Counted from the stretch's first letter, positions 1 through 9,131 are shown. The stretch is DNA of 26,388 bases from a virus (IMGVR_UViG_3300016476_000485:1-26388), one strand, 5' to 3'. Translations and numbers: made by a program. Notes: generated by a model not told the origin, from the sequence alone.

Positions 1-74
1 GGTCCGTTAGTTCAGTTGGTTAGAACGCTACCCTGTCACGGTAGAGGTCGTCGGTTCAAGTCCGATACGGATCG
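1..74 (+). tRNA. tRNA-Asp(GUC)
   Basis: Acceptor GGTCCGT/ACGGATC, anticodon arm CTACC-CTGTCAC-GGTAG, T-loop GTTCAAG. Confidence 0.95.
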
Positions 75-83
75 CTCAAAAAT

Positions 84-157
84 GCTCTTCTAGCCCAACT
101 GGTAGAGGCACCAGACTTAGGATCTGGGGGTTGTAGGTTCGACTCCTACGAGGAGCA
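84..157 (+). tRNA. tRNA-Leu(UAG), short variable arm
   Basis: Acceptor GCTCTTC/GAGGAGC, anticodon arm CCAGA-CTTAGGA-TCTGG, T-loop GTTCGAC, 5-nt variable loop. Confidence 0.92.
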
Positions 158-158
158 C

Positions 159-232
159 TGGGATATAGTGTAATGGTAACACAACGGCTTCCAAACCCGT
201 TGACGTGGGTTCGATTCCTACTATCCCTGCCA
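159..232 (+). tRNA. tRNA-Trp(CCA), encoded 3' CCA
   Basis: TGGGATA/TATCCCT acceptor plus G-CCA, D-stem GTGT/ACAC, loop TTCCAAA; U1-U72 and C31-C39 mismatches. Confidence 0.85.
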
Positions 233-233
233 A

Positions 234-305
234 GGCCCTATCGTCTAGTGGTTAGGACATCAGATTTTCAATCTGGAAACGAGAGTTCAATTCTCTCTAG
301 GGCTA
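234..305 (+). tRNA. tRNA-Glu(UUC)
   Basis: GGCCCTA/TAGGGCT acceptor, Glu-type D arm GTCTAGTGGTTAGGAC, anticodon arm TCAGA-TTTTCAA-TCTGG. Confidence 0.93.
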
Positions 306-306
306 C

Positions 307-379
307 GCCACCTTAACTCAGTCGGTAGAGTGCCATACTTGTAATATGGATGTCGTCAGTTCGATTCTGACAGGTGGCT
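307..379 (+). tRNA. tRNA-Thr(UGU)
   Basis: GCCACCT/AGGTGGC acceptor, anticodon arm CCATA-CTTGTAA-TATGG, T-loop GTTCGAT. Confidence 0.95.
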
Positions 380-380
380 C

Positions 381-389
381 TGATATAAT
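381..389 (+). promoter_or_regulatory. extended -10 promoter (TGaTATAAT)
   Basis: TGATATAAT 8 nt upstream of ATG 398. Confidence 0.6.
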
Positions 390-397
390 GGAGTTAT

Positions 398-1279
398 ATG
401 ATAACAAACAATAAAAAACATTTATTTTTTGATGATGTATATTTTTTTAATTCGCCAGAGATTTCTAACTTTGTAGAACCATCTATGCAATTTATCAATA
501 ATAAAAGTATTTACACTCCAGAATTGCGGGGACCAGTTGAAAAAATTGGTGATAAACAATTAACGGAAACTATCAAATATAGTTTAAATAATTATGGTCA
601 AAGATCTTCAGACTACTACAAACTTTTAGATACTGATTTTAATATCTTGTTTGCTGGTTGTTCTATTACATTTGGAGAATTCTTGCCAGAAGGCTACGCA
701 TGGCCACATCATGTATACAATTATTATAAAGAAGAATATAGTAATCTTGGACCATATAGGTCTATTTCTTTTCTAGGTGGATCAGCCACAGAAATTATTT
801 TAAATGTGTTTAAGTACATAGATCTTTATGGCAGGCCAAATGTTATTTGTATTTTGTTACCAGACATGTTTAGATACTATGAGCCAAAGTTAGATGGTTC
901 CAGTTTTCAACACACCGTTGAGTACATACCTAAGCATGGTGTTAGCGATTCTTTGATGCCTTTTCGTGGTATGCAAGAGTTTGTTCAAAGTTATAGAGCA
1001 CTTCACATTATGTGTAAAATATCTGGGATCAAACTATTGGCAACATCTTGGGATGATCTGGCAAATGAAAAAATAAAAGATATAGGTTTTGACACCTATG
1101 GTATAATTAATAATGAGAGTCAAGACAGTTTCATAAAGTCTTTAGACTTAGATGAATTAGGGCAGTATGACGAAAGGTTTTTCTATAGTGCTTCAGACAA
1201 TATACACCCAGGACTACTTAGGCAGATGTTTTTTGCAAAGCATTTCATAGACAGGATAGCAAATGAAAAAGAAAATTAA
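398..1279 (+). CDS. SGNH/GDSL-hydrolase-like protein
   Basis: 293 aa; ILFAGCSITFG (GxS block) and C-terminal SDNIHPG (DxxHP). Confidence 0.6.
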   Translation: MITNNKKHLFFDDVYFFNSPEISNFVEPSMQFINNKSIYTPELRGPVEKIGDKQLTETIKYSLNNYGQRSSDYYKLLDTDFNILFAGCSITFGEFLPEGYAWPHHVYNYYKEEYSNLGPYRSISFLGGSATEIILNVFKYIDLYGRPNVICILLPDMFRYYEPKLDGSSFQHTVEYIPKHGVSDSLMPFRGMQEFVQSYRALHIMCKISGIKLLATSWDDLANEKIKDIGFDTYGIINNESQDSFIKSLDLDELGQYDERFFYSASDNIHPGLLRQMFFAKHFIDRIANEKEN

Positions 1280-1343
1280 ACGAATGATCATGATGTATAG
1301 GTTGAGAAGATCTTTGAAAAAGAATAGAAAGTTTATATACTAA
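1263..1343 (+). CDS. small basic peptide (26 aa, ends KFIY) coupled to carbamoyltransferase
   Basis: MKKKIKRMIMMYRLRRSLKKNRKFIY; TAATG overlap with next start; not in ORF track. Confidence 0.6.
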   Translation: MKKKIKRMIMMYRLRRSLKKNRKFIY

Positions 1344-2776
1344 TGATTATCTTAGGAATTAACGAGACCTCACACGATGCTTCTGTCTCTCTAATTAAAG
1401 ACGGAGAAATACTTTTTGCTGGACATGCCGAACGGTACAGTAAGCGTAAAAATGATTGGTACAACAATACAAATATTTATTTAGATATGCTTAATTATGG
1501 AAAGCCAACACATATAGCGTATTATGAAAGACCGCAACTTAAACGATCCCGCTTGTTTTTACGTGGTGGCATGGGAGAGTGGAAGCCCACCATGCCATTT
1601 GATCTACCTGTTAAATACTTTAGTCATCACCATTCTCATGCTGCAGCAGGATATTACACTAGCAAATTTGATGATGCTGTAGTCGTAGTGCTAGATTCTA
1701 TTGGAGAGTACAATACAAGCACCATCTGGAAAGGTGAGGGCGACAAGTTAACTAGAGTTTTCAAACACAACTACCCATTTAGTTTTGGACTGTTTTATTC
1801 TGCTTTTACACAGTTAGTGGGTCTTAAGCCTAACGAAGAAGAATACATCATGATGGGGATGGCTGCATACGGCGATCCAAAAAGATATTGGAAAAAGATA
1901 TACGAATACTTTCCATCAATCAATAGTCAAAAGTATAATTTTCATCAGGGAATTTATGATTGGGATGAACCAATCCTAACTGAGCAAGACAAGTTTGACA
2001 TTGCAGCAGCAGCACAAAAGGTTTATGAAATTAGATTACTTGACTTTATGCGCTATGCTAAAGCAAAGACTGGAAAAGAAAATCTAGTGTTTATGGGTGG
2101 CTGTGCTCTTAATGCATCTGCAAATACTAAACTATGGGATATCTTTTCTAATGTATGGATTATGCCAAACCCTGGGGATGCTGGATCATCGCTAGGAGCA
2201 GCAGCAGCCCTATATGGCAAACATATTAACTGGAAAGATCCATATTTGGGGCATAGCCTTAATGCCAATAAGCCATATCCAGTTGAGCAAATCTTTGAAA
2301 AAATTATGAACACTGGAGTATGTGCGGTAGCCCACGGTAGAGCAGAGTATGGTCCACGTGCATTGGGCAATAGATCTATTCTTGCTGATCCAAGAGATCC
2401 TAATATTAAAGATAAAGTTAATATGATCAAGAAGAGAGAGATGTTCAGGCCTTTTGCCCCTGTAGTTTTAGCAGAACATGCATCCGAATGGTTTGATATG
2501 AAGTATGCTAGTCCATATATGCAGTTTACTCCAAAGTGTTTAAAGCCAGAATTGATACCATCTGTGGTTCATCAAGACGGTACGTCTAGAGTTCAAACAG
2601 TTACTCGTGAGCAGCATCCTGGACTATATGATACTATCAAAAAGTTTTATGAAGCAACTGGTGTTCCAATTTTATTGAATACAAGTTTAAATATTAAGGG
2701 CCAACCACTCTTAAATGACAAAGACGATATCCTTGCATGGCAGGATACATATAACGACATCATAGCACCATGGTAG
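1343..2776 (+). CDS. carbamoyltransferase, NodU/CmcH family
   Basis: MIILGIN..HDAS, ERYS..K, HHxSHAA, GGCALN, GDAG, EYGPRALGNRSILADPR, KRExFRPFAP, HxDGTSRVQTV, LNTSLN motifs. Confidence 0.95.
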   Translation: MIILGINETSHDASVSLIKDGEILFAGHAERYSKRKNDWYNNTNIYLDMLNYGKPTHIAYYERPQLKRSRLFLRGGMGEWKPTMPFDLPVKYFSHHHSHAAAGYYTSKFDDAVVVVLDSIGEYNTSTIWKGEGDKLTRVFKHNYPFSFGLFYSAFTQLVGLKPNEEEYIMMGMAAYGDPKRYWKKIYEYFPSINSQKYNFHQGIYDWDEPILTEQDKFDIAAAAQKVYEIRLLDFMRYAKAKTGKENLVFMGGCALNASANTKLWDIFSNVWIMPNPGDAGSSLGAAAALYGKHINWKDPYLGHSLNANKPYPVEQIFEKIMNTGVCAVAHGRAEYGPRALGNRSILADPRDPNIKDKVNMIKKREMFRPFAPVVLAEHASEWFDMKYASPYMQFTPKCLKPELIPSVVHQDGTSRVQTVTREQHPGLYDTIKKFYEATGVPILLNTSLNIKGQPLLNDKDDILAWQDTYNDIIAPW

Positions 2777-2785
2777 GTTTATATA

Positions 2786-3436
2786 ATGATCATTGAAAAA
2801 AATAAGATAAAGGGTTCAGAGTTTTGGGTAAACTCTTCACATCTACCGTTTAGAGATATTTTGATTGAGTCACGAATTCCTGGCAAATGGTCTGTGTTTT
2901 CTAATATAGAAAAGCAATACCACGAATATGCATTAAAGCCAATCAATAGATATGTTTCTAACTTATATCCAAAGCCAGAGTTAATTAGTTATGATCGTAA
3001 CTCTGTCAGACTAAGACAGTATACGCACGCAGAAATCTGGGTAGAGCCACAAGAGGATGGACTCTATGCACTAGATAAGACTTGGCAGCGACAGTTCTAT
3101 CCTTCAGAAAATATGTTTGCACACACGGAATGTTTTGATGCCACATATAAATTCTATATGCCCTGGCTTCCTGATTTCAATATTAGTGGCAAAGTTGTAA
3201 ACCCAGACATACAAGATCCTGTATTTATTATTAATGAAAATATATTAATGTTTAATAGTCTTAATATTAACCAGCACTTTATAGATGTTCCATTCGTTCA
3301 TTTTAAAATTAAAAAACAAGGACCGCACATGAAAACCAATGAGTATGGTATCATTGATATGCATACGCCAATGTATGACCTTATCTTAGAACTTCCAGAA
3401 CAGGAGATTGATCGTGTCAGACGACAATTTGGATGA
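2786..3436 (+). CDS. hypothetical protein
   Basis: 216 aa ORF in operon; TGgTAGGTT -10-like element 6 nt before ATG. Confidence 0.75.
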   Translation: MIIEKNKIKGSEFWVNSSHLPFRDILIESRIPGKWSVFSNIEKQYHEYALKPINRYVSNLYPKPELISYDRNSVRLRQYTHAEIWVEPQEDGLYALDKTWQRQFYPSENMFAHTECFDATYKFYMPWLPDFNISGKVVNPDIQDPVFIINENILMFNSLNINQHFIDVPFVHFKIKKQGPHMKTNEYGIIDMHTPMYDLILELPEQEIDRVRRQFG

Positions 3437-4157
3437 TGTTAAACAATTATTTTTTGTTGCAGATAAGGGCGGTCCATGGATTGAGCCAGAATCAGCATAT
3501 AAAAAAATACCACAGTGGTATAGAGATTTAGCCAAACACTTTAGATCTAACGATCTAAAAGATTTATCTCCAGTAAATGATAGAGGCGGAGATGGCTCAA
3601 ATGTTTCTACTAAACTATGTTTGCCATTCCAAGACGCTATGTCTTTGGGCTATATGTATTGTCTAGAAGGAGACCTTAAGGTTGAACTAGATGTCAATGG
3701 AAAACCAACATTGTCTTGGACCGAAGAGTTTATGCTTATGGACAAACGCCCTAACGTTGACCTAGCAATTCCAGACGATGTTCATCCCATTCATTTTGGC
3801 GTAAAGATGAATTGGTTTTATGAAACACCACCTGGGTATTCACTGCTCATGACCATGCCAATTAATAGACCAGACTTGCCTTTTTGGACTCCTTCTGGTA
3901 TAGTTGATGCAGATATATGGGGGCTACCTGCGTTTTTGCCATTCTTCATCAAGAGAAATTTTGAGGGGGTAATTCCAAAGGGAACTCCCGTAGCACAATT
4001 AATTCCTATTAAGCGAGAGCCTTGGGAGTTAGTAGTAGATAGATCTGATGAGGCAGTAGAGAGACATGAGTTAGCATCTGAAAATAGACGCTCACACATT
4101 ACGGCACACTATAGAAAATTTGCTTGGCGTAAAAAACAATACACCAAGGGTATGTAG
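3414..4157 (+). CDS. conserved phage protein (KxCxPFxDAM family; possible beta-clip/dUTPase-like fold)
   Basis: IPQWYR, TKLCLPFQDAM, TPPGYSLL, SGIVDAD, GTPVAQLIPIKRE; GTG 3414 is 7 nt after AGGAG (track start is TTG 3408). Confidence 0.65.
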   Translation: MSDDNLDDVKQLFFVADKGGPWIEPESAYKKIPQWYRDLAKHFRSNDLKDLSPVNDRGGDGSNVSTKLCLPFQDAMSLGYMYCLEGDLKVELDVNGKPTLSWTEEFMLMDKRPNVDLAIPDDVHPIHFGVKMNWFYETPPGYSLLMTMPINRPDLPFWTPSGIVDADIWGLPAFLPFFIKRNFEGVIPKGTPVAQLIPIKREPWELVVDRSDEAVERHELASENRRSHITAHYRKFAWRKKQYTKGM

Positions 4158-4163
4158 TATAAT
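4158..4163 (+). promoter_or_regulatory. -10 box fused to upstream stop (TAG-TATAAT)
   Basis: GTAGTATAAT, then AAGGAG RBS before ATG 4191. Confidence 0.55.
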
Positions 4164-4190
4164 AGATATATAGTTCTAAGGAGAATAAAA

Positions 4191-4850
4191 ATGCAAACCA
4201 TTGATGGTCGTCCACAAACAAGTGTACCCCATAAGTTTTTTGAAAGATATTTGGACAATGATCTAGACTCACTGTCTAAGTTTCTTCATGAGAAGTATCA
4301 ACTTATCCAGTCTGCAGAGTTACGTGGAGTAACAGAATTAAATAAGCAGGATGAGTACTGGACTGAATCTGGTAGCACTTCTACGGTTAAGTGGAGAGAG
4401 TATAACGTGTTCCAGTTTTATCATGAGGGACTTTACAAACTTTACCGTGGAATTTCCGATACTGTAAAAGAGGCATGTGAGTACTACGGTATTAACTTTG
4501 AAGAGCAGCAGTATTATGTCCAGGGATGGTTTAACATTAACCACAGCGATACTGGAAAATTAAACTGGCATGATCATGGTGGGCCATTTGCTCCTCACTT
4601 TCACGGCTATTACTGCGTAAGTGCAGAACCTTCTATCACACACTATAGAATTGAAGATGGTTCTGGTAGAGTTGTAGAGAATGTCAACAAAAACAATAGG
4701 CTTATTGTTTCAGAGATGGGGCACCCACACGCTATGGGCGATTGGACCTGGAATGGTCCAAGAATTACCGTTGCGTATGATATTGAGCCTTTAAGTTCAT
4801 TGGTTGATAATGACCTAACAATTCAGCAACACTGGATTCCTCTGCTTTAA
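4191..4850 (+). CDS. putative 2OG-Fe(II) oxygenase (HxH, TIGR02466-like)
   Basis: GWFNIN..LNWHDH, FHGYYCV, distal H (HPH), RITVAYDI; DSBH pattern. Confidence 0.7.
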   Translation: MQTIDGRPQTSVPHKFFERYLDNDLDSLSKFLHEKYQLIQSAELRGVTELNKQDEYWTESGSTSTVKWREYNVFQFYHEGLYKLYRGISDTVKEACEYYGINFEEQQYYVQGWFNINHSDTGKLNWHDHGGPFAPHFHGYYCVSAEPSITHYRIEDGSGRVVENVNKNNRLIVSEMGHPHAMGDWTWNGPRITVAYDIEPLSSLVDNDLTIQQHWIPLL

Positions 4851-4851
4851 T

Positions 4852-5700
4852 ATGTCTACTATTAATGTTGTATTTTATGGGTATAAGAGCAAAGAATTGC
4901 CAGAGGCAGTTGATGCACTTATCTTAAACCAAAGTGGTCAAAATCAAATTAATGTTTTTGTTTTTGATCAAACTAATGTTATGCGTCAAAATAAGTTCGC
5001 CAACTCAGAATATACTCACGTTTATTGGGATAATCGTAGGTCTCCTTTTTCTTATTTAGAGAATGTTTTGGATAGTTCCGACTCTGACTTTTTCTTATAC
5101 ATTAATGGTGCAATTAGGTTTGAGAAAAATTGGGATATGGAGTTGGTTATGGGGCACGGAGGAAGAGATGTTGTGATCTCTGGCAACCATACAATCAGAT
5201 TCGTAGACGATAACTATAAGTTTTATCCAAAATATGAAAAGGGTGAGACCAATAGTGCTACTATTACAAACTGGATAACGCATGATTTTGTCTTTATGCA
5301 AACACATATGTTTAAAAACTTTCCAAGATTATCGCATAACTTAAAATATTTAGGCTTTGAGGAAGTCTTTTCTGCTTATGCCATTAGTCGTGGAATACAG
5401 ATCCAGTGTATAGCAACTCCATGGGCAAACAAGATTGACGAGGATATTTTTGTACATGACTATCATCCATTTTCATTAAAGCATGGATATAATTCAGTTA
5501 TTGAAATGATGCGTCAGAATAAGAATGTTTTTTTTGGCGACCTCACGTGCATTGATAAATTAAAAATAGCAGTTGGATTTAACTTTAACAAACTATCGTA
5601 TCTACCTTTCAACCCAGACGATGTTTTGTATGACCCAGTAATGGAGATGGACTCTGTTGGGGAAGAGCGATTCATTGCTGGCGTAAGAATGATACGATAG
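4852..5700 (+). CDS. GT-A glycosyltransferase-like protein (hydroxyproline GlcNAc-transferase-like)
   Basis: FFLYINGAIRFEKNWDMELV resembles the YxLQIDSHxRFxxxWD motif; YLGFEE; DxH degenerate. Confidence 0.55.
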   Translation: MSTINVVFYGYKSKELPEAVDALILNQSGQNQINVFVFDQTNVMRQNKFANSEYTHVYWDNRRSPFSYLENVLDSSDSDFFLYINGAIRFEKNWDMELVMGHGGRDVVISGNHTIRFVDDNYKFYPKYEKGETNSATITNWITHDFVFMQTHMFKNFPRLSHNLKYLGFEEVFSAYAISRGIQIQCIATPWANKIDEDIFVHDYHPFSLKHGYNSVIEMMRQNKNVFFGDLTCIDKLKIAVGFNFNKLSYLPFNPDDVLYDPVMEMDSVGEERFIAGVRMIR

Positions 5701-5709
5701 TGGTATAAT
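5701..5709 (+). promoter_or_regulatory. extended -10 promoter (TGgTATAAT)
   Basis: Directly after stop at 5700; AAGGAG RBS before ATG 5728. Confidence 0.6.
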
Positions 5710-5727
5710 ATATGACAAAGGAGAACT

Positions 5728-6273
5728 ATGCTTAAAGAACCATACGTTGTAGAAAACTTTATTACACCTGAAGATGCAGCCATTTTAATTCAAGAAATGG
5801 AAAGCCCTTCAGAGGTAAACCCATATCCAGAATATTATAAAACACGTTTTGGTGGAACTGGATATCCATATAACCAAAGAGTATTAGCAATACAAAAGAA
5901 GTATGCTCTTAAGGCTAATGAAATTTTGCAAGAATTAAACCCAGAAGAAGAAGATCCAATCAAAACCTTTAAGTGTTTTGGTTCACAGTGGCGAACTGGT
6001 GGTTTTGGATTACCACACCTAGACGACCAAGACCCAGAACCATTTATTGAGTACAGTTCTGTTGTATATCTTGATGATGATTTTGAGGGTGGAGTTATAT
6101 TCTTCCCATCTTTGCAATTCGAGTTTGTGCCTAAAAAATATTCAGCGGTATTTTTCTTGAGTGATGGAGAAAAGTGGAAGCATGGTATCACACCTGTTGA
6201 AAGTGGTAAAAGGTCAACACTACTTTACATGCATACAACAAAACTAGAGCACGTTGACCCAGATTTGGATTAA
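5728..6273 (+). CDS. prolyl-4-hydroxylase-like 2OG-Fe(II) oxygenase
   Basis: PHLD, SSVVYLDDDFEGG.I.F, HGITPVESGKR. Confidence 0.9.
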   Translation: MLKEPYVVENFITPEDAAILIQEMESPSEVNPYPEYYKTRFGGTGYPYNQRVLAIQKKYALKANEILQELNPEEEDPIKTFKCFGSQWRTGGFGLPHLDDQDPEPFIEYSSVVYLDDDFEGGVIFFPSLQFEFVPKKYSAVFFLSDGEKWKHGITPVESGKRSTLLYMHTTKLEHVDPDLD

Positions 6274-6274
6274 T

Positions 6275-7096
6275 ATGAACGTAAACTTTAGAAACACAAC
6301 GTTTGCAATGCTGGAAAATCATCCAGACGAAAGTATGATTGATTGGAAGTTTTGCAACAGAGATCACTACTTAAAATTTGAAGATATTTTTAGAAAAAAT
6401 GTTTTATTCTTTGACCCATTTTTGGTAGAAGGATTCTATGAAAAGAATGACTTTGAAGAATTAAAGGGTATTCTAGAATCAAAAGATGTTAAAGAAATTG
6501 CATACACTAAGCAAATGAATAAGTGGGAAGATGCTGTACAAATTCCACAACACTTCTTTGACAAGGCCATCAAGCGTACACAAGACCTGCTTGGTACAAA
6601 CGATGTAGAACTTGGCTATTACCTATATGCTCATCATCAAATTACTGCAGAAGGACGTAAGCCATTTTTGCAAGTACACCTAGACTGGTCTCCAGGATGC
6701 TATATGGTGGATCTGCACATTGGTGGAAATAGAGACTGGGGATTTGTGGCGCATGATAAAGAGTTTATTACTAAACCAAATGATGCCATTATCGTCCAGC
6801 CTGAATTGGATTTCCACTATCGTCCAGCCTGGAACTCTGATGATCCTGCTGAAAACTATAAGGTCTTGTTCTTCCACTTAATTAGAAAAGATCATTGGAA
6901 GAATCTATATGGTAATGAATTCATTACAGATAAAGACTTTCTGGCGTTTCAGCATCAAAGACTTCATATCTGGCAAGAACTTTATGTTAATCACGTTAAG
7001 AGCGTTCCTGGACTTCCAGATCCAGTTTTTAGTTCTGACGAGGGCCTGACAGAAGATGATAAAAGATTATTTAACGTAGAGAAAAAGGAGATGTAA
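6275..7096 (+). CDS. 2OG-Fe(II) oxygenase-like protein
   Basis: LQVHLD, W.F, HYRP, VLFFH; ATG 6275 follows the upstream stop (track start is TTG 6254). Confidence 0.7.
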   Translation: MNVNFRNTTFAMLENHPDESMIDWKFCNRDHYLKFEDIFRKNVLFFDPFLVEGFYEKNDFEELKGILESKDVKEIAYTKQMNKWEDAVQIPQHFFDKAIKRTQDLLGTNDVELGYYLYAHHQITAEGRKPFLQVHLDWSPGCYMVDLHIGGNRDWGFVAHDKEFITKPNDAIIVQPELDFHYRPAWNSDDPAENYKVLFFHLIRKDHWKNLYGNEFITDKDFLAFQHQRLHIWQELYVNHVKSVPGLPDPVFSSDEGLTEDDKRLFNVEKKEM

Positions 7097-7773
7097 TGTT
7101 GAACTACGAAATTCTTGGTGATGGATTAGTATATTACAAAAATTTAATTAAAGATCCATACCAAATTATTGATGATATTGAAAATTTAAATGATCGTATC
7201 ATCAAAGATATTGAAAATAATGTTCCTGGGTCGCAGGAAAGTTCTGCAAAGCCTTGGCATAACTGGGATCATACTCAAGGCGACATGCATCTTCATTTCT
7301 GTAAGCAGCGTTGGCTACCTAGATCTGAAGATATGGCAGAGAATGATATCTACTACAACGAATACTCATCTATTTCTGACAGACTATTTAGTGCTTTAGA
7401 TGCTGGGTTCAATCATTATTCTCAAACACTTTACCCATATGCTTCACGCAACCTTAAGGGTAAAGAGGACAACATGAGTATTCTAAAGTATGAAAAGGCT
7501 GGATACTTACCAGCCCATACTGATCATGGTTCAAGCAGCAGAACTCTTTCAGTTGTGCTATACCTCAATGATAACTATACTGGTGGAGAAATCACATTCC
7601 CATATGTAGGAAAAGGTATTACAATTAAGCCAGAAGCAGGAAGTGCAATCTTCTTCCCCTCAATGTTTGTCTTTGTGCATGAAATTGCAGAGGTAACAGA
7701 GGGAGTAAGATATGCGCTACCAAACTGGTATCACAACATGTTAAACAAGGTATATACGGACGGTACAGAATGA
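7096..7773 (+). CDS. prolyl-4-hydroxylase-like 2OG-Fe(II) oxygenase
   Basis: ILKY, AHTD, RTLSVVLYLNDNYTGGEITF, FFPS, HEIAEVTEGVRY. Confidence 0.92.
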   Translation: MLNYEILGDGLVYYKNLIKDPYQIIDDIENLNDRIIKDIENNVPGSQESSAKPWHNWDHTQGDMHLHFCKQRWLPRSEDMAENDIYYNEYSSISDRLFSALDAGFNHYSQTLYPYASRNLKGKEDNMSILKYEKAGYLPAHTDHGSSSRTLSVVLYLNDNYTGGEITFPYVGKGITIKPEAGSAIFFPSMFVFVHEIAEVTEGVRYALPNWYHNMLNKVYTDGTE

Positions 7774-7958
7774 AAATCACACATCAACCCTATAACCCAA
7801 CTAACGAAGAACTGTATGCAGAACTAAGGTTTATGTATACTAAGTATGAAGAGTTATGCAAAGCATACAAAAGACTTGCATCCCGTATGGAACTAACACC
7901 TACAAACGAGGTGCATGATATGAGTCATATGACTTTTCAAGAAAACAATAAATACTAA
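7770..7958 (+). CDS. hypothetical protein
   Basis: 62 aa; ATGA coupling. Confidence 0.65.
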   Translation: MKITHQPYNPTNEELYAELRFMYTKYEELCKAYKRLASRMELTPTNEVHDMSHMTFQENNKY

Positions 7959-7974
7959 TAAGGAGATGATATAA

Positions 7975-8628
7975 ATGAAGGAAGCACTGTCTGGTGGAAA
8001 CACCACTGCAACTTCAACAATTCACCCTATTGCACAAAAAGTTATTGCTGAGGCAAAGCGTATTGTGGATAGTGGTTATCAGGAGGGTCCAAATAACGAT
8101 ACTATTTTTGGTAAGTGGTTTGGTCTCAACTTTAACCCATGGTGCGCTATGTTCGTATCATGGTGTTTCAAGGAGGCTGGAGCGTCACATCTGATCGCAT
8201 CGCAGTCATCAAAGGGATTTGCGTCATGCACATATGGTATGAAGCACTTTGCTAACAAGGGGCAGTTAGTTCCAATTGCACAGGCACAGCCTGGAGATAT
8301 CGTATTCTTCAATTTTGATAATGATACTAGTGATGCAGAGCACGTTGGTATTGTTCTCGCCAATGACAAGAAGAAGAAGATTCTTAAGACTGCAGAAGGC
8401 AATACATCTGCTCCTGCTAACAAGAAGGGTAGCCAGTCAAACGGTGATGGTGCGTACTTTAAAGATCGCCCATACACATACTGCTTTGTGGTTGCTCGTC
8501 CTAACTGGGATGCACCTGCTCCAAAGGCTGCTCCAAAGAAAGGTGCTGCTAAGAAGGCTGCTCCTGCTAAGAAGGCTCCAGTTAAGAAGTCAGTTGGCGG
8601 TGGCGGAAAGGGTGCGGTAGCACTATAA
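7975..8628 (+). CDS. CHAP-domain peptidoglycan amidase/endolysin with Lys/Ala/Pro-rich tail
   Basis: PWCAMFVSW, PGDIVFF, HVGIV, EGNTS; tail APKAAPKKGAAKKAAPAKKAPVKK; AAGGAG RBS. Confidence 0.88.
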   Translation: MKEALSGGNTTATSTIHPIAQKVIAEAKRIVDSGYQEGPNNDTIFGKWFGLNFNPWCAMFVSWCFKEAGASHLIASQSSKGFASCTYGMKHFANKGQLVPIAQAQPGDIVFFNFDNDTSDAEHVGIVLANDKKKKILKTAEGNTSAPANKKGSQSNGDGAYFKDRPYTYCFVVARPNWDAPAPKAAPKKGAAKKAAPAKKAPVKKSVGGGGKGAVAL

Positions 8629-8828
8629 TGGAATCAACCAAGAAGAGTTTAATTAAAACTTTAAGTTGGGAATCCTTCCATCTTCTTGGTGTCGCTGGAG
8701 TAATCTATATATTTACAGGTGAATGGGAGTACGCTAGTTTAGGTGCTCTCATTTACATAGCCTGGGAAGCATTGGGATACTTCATACACGAGAGATTATG
8801 GGCCAAGTTTGGAAATAAGGTAAATTAA
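8628..8828 (+). CDS. DUF2061-like small membrane protein
   Basis: KSLIKTLSW...YFIHERLW with two hydrophobic segments. Confidence 0.8.
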   Translation: MESTKKSLIKTLSWESFHLLGVAGVIYIFTGEWEYASLGALIYIAWEALGYFIHERLWAKFGNKVN

Positions 8829-8935
8829 TGAGAATTAAAATCATTAAGTTTGTCGTTAAAGCACTTGGGTATGAGTGGTCTGGCGATAGCCTGAAATTAC
8901 CAGTTTGGTATGTTAAGGAAAAGAAGAAAAAATAG
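8828..8935 (+). CDS. small hypothetical protein (35 aa)
   Basis: MRIKIIKFVVKALGYEWSGDSLKLPVWYVKEKKKK; TAATG coupling, fills the gap exactly; not in track. Confidence 0.6.
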   Translation: MRIKIIKFVVKALGYEWSGDSLKLPVWYVKEKKKK

Positions 8936-9121
8936 ATGGCATCATATGAGTATGATTGTACGTCGTGTCAAAAACGATATACTAAAATCAGATCTATGAA
9001 AGAGGAGGACCCTGGGTACACTTGCGATACTTGCAATGTAGCCTTAGTTCGTGTATACTCTAATATAGGAGTCACATTTAATGGGAGTGGCTTTTATACA
9101 ACCGACAATCGAAGGGTATAA
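8936..9121 (+). CDS. FmdB-family zinc-ribbon protein
   Basis: YEYDCTSC...CDTC...RVYS..GVTFNGSGFYTTD. Confidence 0.88.
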   Translation: MASYEYDCTSCQKRYTKIRSMKEEDPGYTCDTCNVALVRVYSNIGVTFNGSGFYTTDNRRV

Positions 9122-9131
9122 TATGAACGTT

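Noticed and set aside
84-157. Amber suppressor tRNA or stop-codon recoding
   Set aside because: Anticodon UAG reads CUA (Leu). TAA, TAG and TGA all end genes normally here, so the TAA at 26314 is not evidence of recoding.
159-232. Reading the third tRNA as Gly(UCC)
   Set aside because: Canonical spacing from the D-stem centres CCA in the 7-nt loop, and G73 fits Trp.
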